Shown one piece after another: positions 10,274-19,911 of a stretch of 64,000 nucleotides of DNA. The notes beneath the pieces were generated by a model that made no database searches, had not been told where the DNA came from, and worked only from the letters and a program-made list of their open reading frames with translations. The stretch is from a virus. The stretch spans positions 11,326-75,325 of IMG/VR virus record IMGVR_UViG_3300008113_005947. One strand, given 5' to 3'. Positions within the stretch are counted from its first letter, which is position 1. Every line of letters starts with the position of its first letter. A program made the translations under genes and the position numbers.

Positions 10274-11007
10274 TAGCTGACATGTAGACTATCAATACTT
10301 AACAAGTGGTCAACTGCTGAGTCACCGGGATTGTTATGTATCATAACCCAATAGTCATCATCACGGTTTACAGCCGCATGCGGAATAGCTGTGTTATATA
10401 GATAGACTTTGCCTGGCTCCATGAAATATTCACGTTCCAAATCTTCACCAAAGAACCAATGTGATCCTGATGATGACTGTAATTGTACATGCATTCTAAT
10501 TAGAAAGTCAGGCGGTTCAACATCTGTATGTTTCTTTAAGCCAGTATCTTTACCAAAGCGTAACAGTCGTGTTACATTGAATGTACCTTCAGGGAATGTA
10601 TCATACATCTCTTTATATGCACCATAGAAATACTTGTCTAAATTAACAGAATTTTTTTCAATATCAGGATCCATTGCTTCTGGAAACTGTTCTTCATTAG
10701 CAAGATATGCACTAGGTATAACACCATCATGTTGAACAGGCCATTGCAATGTCCATTGCTCGGCAGCACCCCATGTGTTCTCACCCAGCCACCATGATAC
10801 TAAAGGTTGATATCTTTGCTTAACATAAGGAGTCATTTTATCTGCTGAAAAGATAAATGCTGAATGCATATTATTTGCTACAACTTCTTCATACCAGCCC
10901 ATTAGTTTTTCTGTATTCACAGTAACAGGCAATTCAATATAGTCCCAGTCATAGTTTTCTAGTAACTTAGTGGTTAACCCCTTAGGGTTTTTCATAAAAC
11001 GTTCCAT
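10273..11007 (-). CDS. Asp/Asn beta-hydroxylase-like 2OG-Fe(II) oxygenase (divergent)
   Basis: HTD...RMHV...HAAVN; Trp where paralogues have the final Arg. Confidence 0.75.
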   Translation of the reverse strand: MERFMKNPKGLTTKLLENYDWDYIELPVTVNTEKLMGWYEEVVANNMHSAFIFSADKMTPYVKQRYQPLVSWWLGENTWGAAEQWTLQWPVQHDGVIPSAYLANEEQFPEAMDPDIEKNSVNLDKYFYGAYKEMYDTFPEGTFNVTRLLRFGKDTGLKKHTDVEPPDFLIRMHVQLQSSSGSHWFFGEDLEREYFMEPGKVYLYNTAIPHAAVNRDDDYWVMIHNNPGDSAVDHLLSIDSLHVS

Positions 11008-11016
11008 GCTGTATCC

Positions 11017-11865
11017 TTAGAATATAATCTTATATGAAGTCAATCTAGTAATAGTATCAGAGAAACGTTCATCTTCTACTACAGGAACTAAATCAGTGGG
11101 TTGTTCGTTCTCAATTGGTATTGCTAGAATATTACTGACACCGCCCATACCGAATGGGTTGTTCTCAGATTTCTTATATGTTTCTGCAACTGGTTTAGTT
11201 CTACACGTAACCCAATATTGTTTATAATCTTTTGAGTCTAACCACTTGTAGCACTTAGTCCATACTTCATAATCAATTGCTTCATAGAAGATTGTAGGAC
11301 GATGCGCTTTAATCGTTTTGATTGATCCTTTAAGTACATCTAACTCTGCACCCTCTACGTCAATTTTCATTAATGTAACTGGTACATCTTTTAAGTCATC
11401 TAGTTCGTCTAACTTAATTGTAGGTACTTCAATTCCTTCTTCTTTGATTCCAACTTCACCATAATTGCTTATAATGTTTTCGTCAAAATCACTCATAATC
11501 ATAGTGCCATTTTTACTACTCAATGCAGTATTGTATAGTTTGATTGGCTTTTCTCTACAATTGTATGCGGCAACAGTAAAATGATTTGGATGTGGTTCAA
11601 AGCCCATAATATTACATCCTACTGTTTTGTGTATTGCTAATGCATGATAACCTATGTTAGTCCCGATATCTAAGTAAGTAGATTCAGGAGTTAAATAACG
11701 TGCCATGATTTGTACTTCAGCATCGCAATACTCGCCGAATATTGCGATTGCCGCACTTACAATACTGTCGTTTTTATAGATAACCATTTCTCCTGCCTTA
11801 CTATCAGTAAGTGCTAGATTTGGTTTCAATCGGTCAAAATTTTCGTTGATATTTAGTGTGGTCAT
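11017..11865 (-). CDS. FkbM-family SAM methyltransferase
   Basis: YLDIGTNIG, GFEP, MKIDVEGAE. Confidence 0.9.
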   Translation of the reverse strand: MTTLNINENFDRLKPNLALTDSKAGEMVIYKNDSIVSAAIAIFGEYCDAEVQIMARYLTPESTYLDIGTNIGYHALAIHKTVGCNIMGFEPHPNHFTVAAYNCREKPIKLYNTALSSKNGTMIMSDFDENIISNYGEVGIKEEGIEVPTIKLDELDDLKDVPVTLMKIDVEGAELDVLKGSIKTIKAHRPTIFYEAIDYEVWTKCYKWLDSKDYKQYWVTCRTKPVAETYKKSENNPFGMGGVSNILAIPIENEQPTDLVPVVEDERFSDTITRLTSYKIIF

Positions 11866-11914
11866 ATATTATGTATCATAACTAGACCTAGCTAAAATTT
11901 TTTTGTGTTGACGA

Positions 11915-12451
11915 TTATTTTTTACTATAAAAAATATGGTTACCAATCTTCTTAACTTGACGATAGGGCCATGCAGGGTCTACATGTAACGCATGAAAGA
12001 ATAATACACTTTTGGGTATTACTTCCTTATACATGTCAAACACTAACACTTCATATGCAATTTGAAATGCTTGTTTATATTTAGGGTCATGTTCATTCGG
12101 TTTACCCGGATTCTCACATACCCAACTAAATTGACATACTTTGACTTTCTCGTCATAACCTCTGTCAACATAAATGACTTGATTTATAACTTTGCAAGGT
12201 GTAGTAGCAAATCCATGATTTACTCTGTTAACTACTACTCTAGCAACAGCCGCTTGACCTGTAACAGATTCTGCACGTGCCTCATAAAATATGTTAGTTG
12301 CCATGCATTTAACTTGCGCTAAGTCTACAGATTTTATAATTTTGTTTACTACATCTGTATTCGGTTGCGTATTGTTAGATACAAATACGCTCAATAATAT
12401 TAAAGGTATGATAAAGTATACCTTAAATAGGTCTTGTAATGTGTGCTTCAT
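11915..12451 (-). CDS. SleB-like cell wall hydrolase with N-terminal membrane anchor
   Basis: CMATNIFYEARAE, VVVNRV, CQFSW, IGNHIFY; AAGGAG RBS. Confidence 0.9.
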   Translation of the reverse strand: MKHTLQDLFKVYFIIPLILLSVFVSNNTQPNTDVVNKIIKSVDLAQVKCMATNIFYEARAESVTGQAAVARVVVNRVNHGFATTPCKVINQVIYVDRGYDEKVKVCQFSWVCENPGKPNEHDPKYKQAFQIAYEVLVFDMYKEVIPKSVLFFHALHVDPAWPYRQVKKIGNHIFYSKK

Positions 12452-12504
12452 ATTACTCCTTTCTACTTAGGTTGTGTATTATACAACCATTGTTAGTTAA
12501 GCAC

Positions 12505-12540
12505 TATGATTTTGAGTTTTAATTTAAAATCAAAATCATA
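12505..12540. repeat. 11-bp perfect inverted repeat (hairpin; possible terminator or operator)
   Basis: TATGATTTTGA-N14-TCAAAATCATA overlapping the stop codon of the 682-aa gene. Confidence 0.5.
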
Positions 12541-14584
12541 ACATGTCCCAACAGTCGCAGTTACAGAGTATTACATCTTCTACTGCTTGGTCAGGTGATA
12601 ATACTGACACATCGGCTGGTTGAATCAGGATGCTTAAGTTTGTCGGTATTAACGTTGTTTCGGAAGATCCTGCGAAACTTCCGGGTGTTATAGCCGCACC
12701 AGTATCTATTGGTATATCTAGTAGTGTGAGGCTATTGGGGTATCCTGGTATAGGGGAGTCTGCTAGTGTGGATCCTGATACCCTAGGCAAAACAATTTCA
12801 ACACTGCCGGATATATTATTATCCTGTTCTATTCCTGTTAAGCCTAACCGTTGTGCGTTTCTTGCTTCACGCATGGACGCAATTAAATTAATTCCTCCTT
12901 CATTAGTAATGTTTGCAATATTTTCTAGTACTTGTGCCGGTCCTTTAAGTTCCGTTTCTACTGCATATTGTTTTAAACTATCTATGAATGCTACTGTGTC
13001 TGCGGGTGTGGTCTGTAAATCTGCTATGCCGGGCAATGCTAACAATCTAGCATTTTCTTCTTTATTAAATAATGTACCAATTATATTGTACGTAGTGTTT
13101 AGTGATGCCGCTTGTGCTGAATTGGCACCTTGAATCAATGCAATTTCAGTATTTGCTTGTCCTATCAATGTGGGTAACGTTGACTCATACGGTCCTGGTC
13201 CACTCACTAAACTTAGAATATTAACATAGATTCCAGTAAGAGTTGTACTTTGTAAACCAGCTATTTTTTGTTGTAATGTTTGCCATGGATAATGTAAACT
13301 AGTCATACATCCAAAGAAGTCACACATATTATAAACACCATTGATACTCGAACCTTTAGCTAAAGCTGTTGATGCATTGTTTGCAAGAGTCACATTAGTG
13401 GGTATGTTAGTACCGCCTACAGCAAGTCCATTAATGTTTTCTAAGTTCATAACAACCTGACTGAATTTTTCAATCTTCATTGATTGTATATTTCTTATCT
13501 GTAACATTGCTACTCTAAATGCGTCCGCAGAAAAGGCTACATCTTCTGGTATTAGATTGAGTAATCTATCACCGATGCCAATATCGTTTTTAATATCAAC
13601 TTGCCCGTCTTTAAAAGTAAGATAATATGTTTTACTATTTGTAGGCAATGCTATACTGTTATACTGAGGATATGTTAATGATTTGTAACTATTAGGAAAT
13701 AACATTTTAACATTTAATAAATCTGCTAATGATTCTAATCCTTCTGTTTGTACATTCAATGGTATAAGTACATCAGTTAAATCAGTGTCAATAACAATAC
13801 AAAATGCACCGTATATTAATTTCTCTTGTTCAACTGAAGCAGGATTACCATTTGTGATATTAGTTACTTCAGTAGACGATAAACCTGCACTTAGTAGTGC
13901 AATGTTTACTGCTCTAGTAATTGCTTTGTTTTTGTATAAAATTCTAAGTAAATTAGATGGACTACCAAACTTGTCTATTGTTGTTAAGTCAATTACTTTG
14001 CCGGTTGCTATTAGGTCTTGTCCCCAGTAGAATGTACTTAGATTTACTCCTGTTATGTCAGCAGTAATCAAATCGTTCATATTACTGTATATGCCATTCA
14101 GATAAGTGGGTGCATTGTTGATTGCTTTAATCACAGAGTTTAACTGTTGCATCTTACTAAATGAGGTGGCAAACGTATTTAGGAAATCACTATAACTTCC
14201 ATTATTAATATAAAATTCTTTGTACGCTTGATATGCAGGTAGTCTTAGCCATCCATATCGTGTAATAGCTCCAATATAAGTATTTGTATAAGTTGTCGGC
14301 GGTGCAAGACCTAATGCAGGTATTGTTGCACTACCTATACTAATTAAACTATTGTATGTTGATTGAGATATTTGCGTTGTTGGATTAGGACCTATTAATG
14401 CGTAGGCTGCGTTGATAGCTTGACTTAAGTTGTTTAAAGAAGTGGTGCTTACTATTGTTCCAGGAGTATAGTTATTAGTTGCAGTACTAGAACCCATATA
14501 CGTAACGGCATCTGGGTTTATTCTAAAACCTATGTCATTAACGAATGCGCCTAATGTGTTTAGTGTAAGCGGTGTATAACTCAT
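12536..14584 (-). CDS. Hypothetical 682-aa protein, probably virion or baseplate associated
   Basis: ATGA-coupled directly behind PAAR; T/N/S/A-rich; C-terminal CNCDCW. Confidence 0.5.
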   Translation of the reverse strand: MSYTPLTLNTLGAFVNDIGFRINPDAVTYMGSSTATNNYTPGTIVSTTSLNNLSQAINAAYALIGPNPTTQISQSTYNSLISIGSATIPALGLAPPTTYTNTYIGAITRYGWLRLPAYQAYKEFYINNGSYSDFLNTFATSFSKMQQLNSVIKAINNAPTYLNGIYSNMNDLITADITGVNLSTFYWGQDLIATGKVIDLTTIDKFGSPSNLLRILYKNKAITRAVNIALLSAGLSSTEVTNITNGNPASVEQEKLIYGAFCIVIDTDLTDVLIPLNVQTEGLESLADLLNVKMLFPNSYKSLTYPQYNSIALPTNSKTYYLTFKDGQVDIKNDIGIGDRLLNLIPEDVAFSADAFRVAMLQIRNIQSMKIEKFSQVVMNLENINGLAVGGTNIPTNVTLANNASTALAKGSSINGVYNMCDFFGCMTSLHYPWQTLQQKIAGLQSTTLTGIYVNILSLVSGPGPYESTLPTLIGQANTEIALIQGANSAQAASLNTTYNIIGTLFNKEENARLLALPGIADLQTTPADTVAFIDSLKQYAVETELKGPAQVLENIANITNEGGINLIASMREARNAQRLGLTGIEQDNNISGSVEIVLPRVSGSTLADSPIPGYPNSLTLLDIPIDTGAAITPGSFAGSSETTLIPTNLSILIQPADVSVLSPDQAVEDVILCNCDCWDML

Positions 14585-14862
14585 GGAACATGTACATCAG
14601 GACTACCCTCAACGATACTATGACCGCAACTGTTTCCTGAACCTATTCTTAGTACTGGTACGCCCTCTGCAAATACAGTTGGACTACCTGCAGTTGTTGA
14701 CGCCGCCCTATGCGGGGGATGTGGATTACCCCACGGCGCATGTGATGATATCTGACTAACGTGCAACCCTACAGGTATTCCATTAGCAATAACCGTACTG
14801 GCACCGCGCATAATTGCGCCCCCTGTTTGATTTTTATCACCCTTGCGACTTAACTTTGCCAT
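14581..14862 (-). CDS. PAAR-domain spike-tip protein (T4 gp5.4-like)
   Basis: GASTVIANGIPV and GSPTVFAEGVPVLRIG repeats; His/Cys metal ligands (HPPH, CGH). Confidence 0.9.
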   Translation of the reverse strand: MAKLSRKGDKNQTGGAIMRGASTVIANGIPVGLHVSQISSHAPWGNPHPPHRAASTTAGSPTVFAEGVPVLRIGSGNSCGHSIVEGSPDVHVP

Positions 14863-14863
14863 G

Positions 14864-15157
14864 TTATCCTAATATTAATTTCTTTTCTGGTAATTGAATA
14901 CCAGTGGTTGCTTCAATATATTTCATTTTTACACTATCTTCGGTTGTAGTATAAAAGGCAACACTATTAGTATTTAGCGTAACTTTAGCTCCAGGTTCTC
15001 CGGTAAACATGCTAGGAACTAGTCCTATACCCTTTTGACTAGGTGCAACGCTTACAGGTTCTTCAATAATTAGATTATCACGTGTAATCTCAACTATTTT
15101 TGCAATCAATTCTTCTCCGCTGTTCAATTTGAACGTATATACTTGTCCGACTTCCAT
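14864..15157 (-). CDS. Hypothetical protein, possible Sm-like fold
   Basis: VYTFKLNSGEELIAKI beta-hairpin pattern. Confidence 0.45.
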   Translation of the reverse strand: MEVGQVYTFKLNSGEELIAKIVEITRDNLIIEEPVSVAPSQKGIGLVPSMFTGEPGAKVTLNTNSVAFYTTTEDSVKMKYIEATTGIQLPEKKLILG

Positions 15158-15387
15158 TATGTGCTTTCTGTTAATTTTGTTTTGAGTTCTGTAAACCCTC
15201 CGATTAATTCTCCGTCTAGGAAAATCTGCGGTACTGTTCGGGCATTTGGAACTGCATCTAGTAGTTCTTCTTTAGTATATCCGTCTCCGATTTTACGTTC
15301 TTCAAACTGTATACCTTTACTTTTTAATAATGCCTTAGCTTGGTCGCAATAAGGGCAGTGGTACTTACTCCATACGATTGCTTTCAT
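15157..15387 (-). CDS. grxC: Glutaredoxin
   Basis: CPYC, TVPQIF and IGG motifs; next to the RNR genes. Confidence 0.92.
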   Translation of the reverse strand: MKAIVWSKYHCPYCDQAKALLKSKGIQFEERKIGDGYTKEELLDAVPNARTVPQIFLDGELIGGFTELKTKLTEST

Positions 15388-15388
15388 A

Positions 15389-15823
15389 TTATTGTCCTAA
15401 TAGTCTTTTCATTGTTCTTACATGTACTCTATCTTTTTCTTTTTCATCTTCGGGTAATTGATTATACGGTACATGTTGTGCGGCATTATAATCTGCCTTT
15501 GGATTACGTCTCATCCATTGAATATGAATAAACTCAGCAGCCTTTTCCTCATCATTAGGAAATTGTTTTACTGCTTGAAGTGCCGCTTGCCCTGCGGCTA
15601 AGTTTTCTTTCTGCCAATCAGGATGAATTTTATTAAAAGACTGATTGATATCACCTTCACTTCCATCGCTGTTCTTTTTGATTCTAGGCTTTGTGCCTGT
15701 AGGATCATAATTTTTTCGCCATTCTTCGTGCGCTAAACTAGCAAATTGTGTAACAGGATCTTCATTGATTTGCATAGCTTCATTAATCATGTTCAATTGT
15801 TTTCTAATATCTTTTTCTATCAT
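15389..15823 (-). CDS. RyR-domain-like protein
   Basis: Two repeats: AHEEWR...FNKIHPDWQKEN and IHIQWM...VPYNQLPEDEKEKDR. Confidence 0.65.
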   Translation of the reverse strand: MIEKDIRKQLNMINEAMQINEDPVTQFASLAHEEWRKNYDPTGTKPRIKKNSDGSEGDINQSFNKIHPDWQKENLAAGQAALQAVKQFPNDEEKAAEFIHIQWMRRNPKADYNAAQHVPYNQLPEDEKEKDRVHVRTMKRLLGQ

Positions 15824-16932
15824 AATACTGGCAACTCCTCATAATCTACTTCATCACTCATAACACCAATAACATAGTTAGTTGATTCTGTTTCTTGTAA
15901 CGCACTTTGTTTCTTGTTAATGTTCACGTGTTTGTTGAACCATGGAATAGGACTGTGCTTTGGATGATTCTCATTATATTTAATACCAATATCTTTCAGT
16001 CTAGTAAATGCTGTATAGTCTACAAAGTCTTTAAGAATATCTGCGTTCAATCCAATCACAACACCTTTACTGAATAGATAGTCTGCCCATTCTTTTTCTT
16101 CACGTATAACATCCATATACAATTCATATACTTCACGTTCACATTCTTGTTTTGCTACAATGAATCTTGGGTCATCTTTAACTACGTTATTGATTAACCA
16201 AGCTGTCCATTCTGTATGCAACAATTCGTCTTGCAATATCAAGGAGATAATGTTTCCGTTACCAATGTAAATCTTGTTCTCTACCATAGCAAGACTAGTT
16301 GCAAAACTAACCATAAAGCGTAATGCTTCTAATGCGTAACTAGCATTCAATGCTAACCAAATTGCTTTGATATGTTCTTCTTCACGAACCATACCTGTCA
16401 TTTCACTGCTTAATTCTTTATGGCAATTTATTCTATGTAGTTCATCATAATATTTACCTACACTGCTAGACATTTCTACGATTTCTTTGGTATCGTGAAT
16501 TTTATTAAATTCTTCCTTAGGCACACCATATACGTTCCTAATAATATGACTGTAAGATTTTGAGTGAATATTAGTCTCAAAGAAACTCCAATTACTAACT
16601 AATGCTTCCAGTTCAGGAATACTAATGACTGGACTGAATACTTGACTTGGTGCACGACCCTGAATACTATCAAGTGCAGTTTGTCTCAATAGGTTGCTAG
16701 TAAAGATATGCTTGATTGCATCACTACTATCCTTGTGGTCTATCTTATCTTTTGTTAATGATATTTCTTCTGGCACCCAAAAGAAACCACGTGCTGTTTC
16801 TTCATACTTGGCTAGTCTCGGATACTTAACTTCTTCAAAACGTTGCACTGTCACAGGACCTTCTGGGTCTAGAAACATTGTACGCTTTAGATAATTAGTC
16901 TGTTTACTTAAATTATATTGTTCTTTACTCAT
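15820..16932 (-). CDS. nrdB: Ribonucleotide reductase class Ia beta subunit
   Basis: FFWVPEEI; ligands LDSIQ, ETNIH, radical Tyr (HSKSY), LEALRF, DELLH; C-terminal QETE..NY. Confidence 0.97.
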   Translation of the reverse strand: MSKEQYNLSKQTNYLKRTMFLDPEGPVTVQRFEEVKYPRLAKYEETARGFFWVPEEISLTKDKIDHKDSSDAIKHIFTSNLLRQTALDSIQGRAPSQVFSPVISIPELEALVSNWSFFETNIHSKSYSHIIRNVYGVPKEEFNKIHDTKEIVEMSSSVGKYYDELHRINCHKELSSEMTGMVREEEHIKAIWLALNASYALEALRFMVSFATSLAMVENKIYIGNGNIISLILQDELLHTEWTAWLINNVVKDDPRFIVAKQECEREVYELYMDVIREEKEWADYLFSKGVVIGLNADILKDFVDYTAFTRLKDIGIKYNENHPKHSPIPWFNKHVNINKKQSALQETESTNYVIGVMSDEVDYEELPVL

Positions 16933-17156
16933 TAATCACCATAATATTCTATATTCAATCCGCCCTCATCATCAACATGCACACCGCATACATCAGAATC
17001 ATTAAGAGCATTTAGTATCATTTCTCTATCTTCATCATCTATTTTAACAGGTTTATCTACTTTATAATAATACAAGAGATAATTAATTTTATCCTGTAAT
17101 GTCATATCATCTGTAAATTTTTCTATAAGAGGCATTATAACACACAACTTTCGCAA
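16932..17156 (-). CDS. Small acidic hypothetical protein between nrdA and nrdB
   Basis: ORF fills the gap; the real start may be the downstream ATG (MPLIEK) at the nrdA stop. Confidence 0.55.
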   Translation of the reverse strand: MRKLCVIMPLIEKFTDDMTLQDKINYLLYYYKVDKPVKIDDEDREMILNALNDSDVCGVHVDDEGGLNIEYYGD

Positions 17157-19465
17157 TATTCATCTTCATCGGGCTCCTTGATAGGTTGAAAGTAAACTAC
17201 ATTGTTTGCTTCTTCCTGTAGACTTGCTTTACTACCCACTTTATTAATCAAACTATAATAGATAGTTTTAATTCCCCATTTGTATGCAAGCATTAGATTC
17301 TTAGCAATCACTGTTCCGGGTACTTTACCTTCAGCAAAGTATGCAGGATTGTAAAAAGTGTTAGTACTTAGACTTTGGTCAATGTATACTGCCAACACTG
17401 CTGATGTTTTCAAATACTCTACACAATCTTTTTGATCCCACATCAATTGATAGCGATTCTTTAAACGTCTGTACTCTGGCACGACTTGTACAAACGAACC
17501 AGCCTTTGATTCCTTTACAGAAATCAATTCCATCGGCATTTCAATTCCGTTGGTGGAGTTTAACACAACTGAACTGGATTCGACCGGTGCCACGGCCATT
17601 AAAGTTGCATTACGAATGCCATACTTCAATAATTTTTCACGTAGACTTTCCCAATCCATACTAGGACTAAAGTCTGTCAATTCATTAACACCTTTGCTTC
17701 TACGTTCCCAGGGGAATATACCCTGACCATAGAATGTGTGTTGACTACGTTGACATGCACCTCGTTCTTGTGCTAGTTCTACGCTTGTTTCAGTTAGATA
17801 GTATGCTTGATGTTCCATCCAACGTTTTACTTCTGCTAATGCTTCTGGCGTGCCGTATTTGTAACTACGCTTTGCATGCCAGTATGCTAAATTTGTAACC
17901 CCTACACCAAGAGGTTCGAAATCTAAGTTAGCTAACTTACTCTGAACACTGAGGAAGTCTTGGTAGCTAAGGAGATTACTTAAACTTCTGACTAATACTC
18001 TACATGCCTTACGCATTTCTTGGGGAGTTTTAAACGCACCCCAGTTCACACTGCCTAATGTACATAATGCAATGCGACCTGCCTCGTCTTCAATACGTTG
18101 AAAAGGTTTTGTAGGTAATAGTATTTCTTGGCATAAGTTACTCTGATAAATCGGATCAAGTTTAGTATCAAACGGACCCTGATTAATTACGTTATCAATG
18201 AATACTAGATAGATACGACCGGTGTCAGTACGTTCTTTTAGTATTCCATTTTTAAATATTTCTACTGCGGGCAACACTTTCTTTTTGATGCCGCGCTTAT
18301 TTTCATACATTGTATAAAGTTTTTCAAATTCTTCACTGTCACGATAATATGCTTCATATAAGTCTGGTACATCATGTGGATCAAACAATGTAATGTTTTC
18401 ATTCTTAGCAAAACGATTAAAGAACATTTTGTTGACTACAACACTGTAATCCATTTGACGCACACGTGTTTCTTCTGTACCTTGATTGTTCTTTAATACA
18501 ATCAAATCTTCAAACTGATAGTGCCATACTGGGAATGTAACTGTGCAACTAGCATTACGCACACCACCTTGACTGCAACTACGCAAGTCACCAAACCATT
18601 TCTTTAAGAAAGGAATCATACCAGTATGCTTAATCTCACCATTACGAATGGGTGCACCTAGTGGGCGAATGCGACCAATCTCTAATCCTATGCCAGCACG
18701 TTTACTAGCATACTTTGCCATCATTTCTCCGGCAGCGAATATACTGTCAAGTGTATCATCGCTAGAAATAAGTACACAGCTAGAAAACTGCTTAGTAGTA
18801 GTGCCAAGACCAGCGAGAACGGGGGTAGCAAGAGTAAAGTGGCCATCACTTGCACATTCGTAATATTCTTTGACATACTTTAATCTCTTTTCTTTTGGTT
18901 CATTGTGGAAAGCAGTGGCGGCTGCTATCGCATACCTTACTTGAGGACTTTCATATAATTGACCAGTAGCACGGTTCTGCACCAAGTACTTTTCTGCTAA
19001 TTGTGCGATAGCCGCATAAGTGTAATTTTCGTCCTTGCTGTGGTCAATAAACAAATCAATGATATCCCATTCATCCTTTGTATACCAATCTAATAATTCA
19101 CTAGTGTACATACTAGCGTCAACGTTAGTTTTGACAATATCATAAAGTGGGGGAGGAGTGTATGTGCCGTATACGCTTTTACGTAGCATTGACACTTTCT
19201 GACGTCCTGCTACATATTGATAATTAACATTGTTAATGTCAGGGTTCTCTGTTTCATCAATCAAATTTACCATTGCTTTAAGCAATAGTTCGTCAATTGT
19301 TTCAGTGCTTATTCCATCATGTAATTCGATTTGTGCTTTAATCTCAATCATACTTGGACTAACGTTATCTATGCCCTTGCAATCATGTGCTACTTGTCTC
19401 TGTATTTTTGCTATATCTAGTGGTACGCTTTCACCACTTCGTTTAACTACATTAATATTGTTCAT
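17135..19465 (-). CDS. nrdA: Ribonucleotide reductase class Ia alpha subunit with ATP cone
   Basis: VVKRSG ATP cone; SSCV, SNLCQEI, LCTL, TIYY and C-terminal CESC. Confidence 0.97.
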   Translation of the reverse strand: MNNINVVKRSGESVPLDIAKIQRQVAHDCKGIDNVSPSMIEIKAQIELHDGISTETIDELLLKAMVNLIDETENPDINNVNYQYVAGRQKVSMLRKSVYGTYTPPPLYDIVKTNVDASMYTSELLDWYTKDEWDIIDLFIDHSKDENYTYAAIAQLAEKYLVQNRATGQLYESPQVRYAIAAATAFHNEPKEKRLKYVKEYYECASDGHFTLATPVLAGLGTTTKQFSSCVLISSDDTLDSIFAAGEMMAKYASKRAGIGLEIGRIRPLGAPIRNGEIKHTGMIPFLKKWFGDLRSCSQGGVRNASCTVTFPVWHYQFEDLIVLKNNQGTEETRVRQMDYSVVVNKMFFNRFAKNENITLFDPHDVPDLYEAYYRDSEEFEKLYTMYENKRGIKKKVLPAVEIFKNGILKERTDTGRIYLVFIDNVINQGPFDTKLDPIYQSNLCQEILLPTKPFQRIEDEAGRIALCTLGSVNWGAFKTPQEMRKACRVLVRSLSNLLSYQDFLSVQSKLANLDFEPLGVGVTNLAYWHAKRSYKYGTPEALAEVKRWMEHQAYYLTETSVELAQERGACQRSQHTFYGQGIFPWERRSKGVNELTDFSPSMDWESLREKLLKYGIRNATLMAVAPVESSSVVLNSTNGIEMPMELISVKESKAGSFVQVVPEYRRLKNRYQLMWDQKDCVEYLKTSAVLAVYIDQSLSTNTFYNPAYFAEGKVPGTVIAKNLMLAYKWGIKTIYYSLINKVGSKASLQEEANNVVYFQPIKEPDEDEYCESCVL

Positions 19466-19911
19466 TGTACACCTTGAATTTTTTGTTTTATTTTTGATAC
19501 GTCTACGTGACGTTTGATGGTAAAATCGCTTAGTGTATTACTTAGTACCGTATTCGGCCAGTAATTAAGTACATATTTTGCACGGTCAACTAGGACTAAT
19601 ACCACATCATTGCCCGTTTTATCTGTTGCTTCAACCAATTCTATATCATCTATATCTGTTAGAAGTAAAGTATAACATATTCCTAATGCTTTTGCAATAG
19701 AACAATAGGTATTTTCTACCAAAAGTTCCCAAGGATCAGGCCATATATGACTATCTAAAATATGCAAATGGTGATTAACTAATGGGGCCTGTTGCCAAAA
19801 ACTGTCTATTAAAATACACTTATCTAGTGTGTTTAATTTTTCGGCTTTCGTTCTTAAATCATGCCAACTTTGCAGTCTGGATTCATAATTATGTTGAAAT
19901 ATATTAAACAC
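19462..19911 (-). CDS. Hypothetical protein (weak transglutaminase-like/BTLCP resemblance)
   Basis: WPDPWELL..TYCSIAKALGICYTL; coupled to nrdA by an ATGA overlap. Confidence 0.4.
   Translation of the reverse strand: MFNIFQHNYESRLQSWHDLRTKAEKLNTLDKCILIDSFWQQAPLVNHHLHILDSHIWPDPWELLVENTYCSIAKALGICYTLLLTDIDDIELVEATDKTGNDVVLVLVDRAKYVLNYWPNTVLSNTLSDFTIKRHVDVSKIKQKIQGVQ

Noticed and set aside
15820-19465. Intron, intein or homing endonuclease in nrdA/nrdB
   Set aside because: Both genes are contiguous and of normal length; the 74-aa spacer ORF has no nuclease motif
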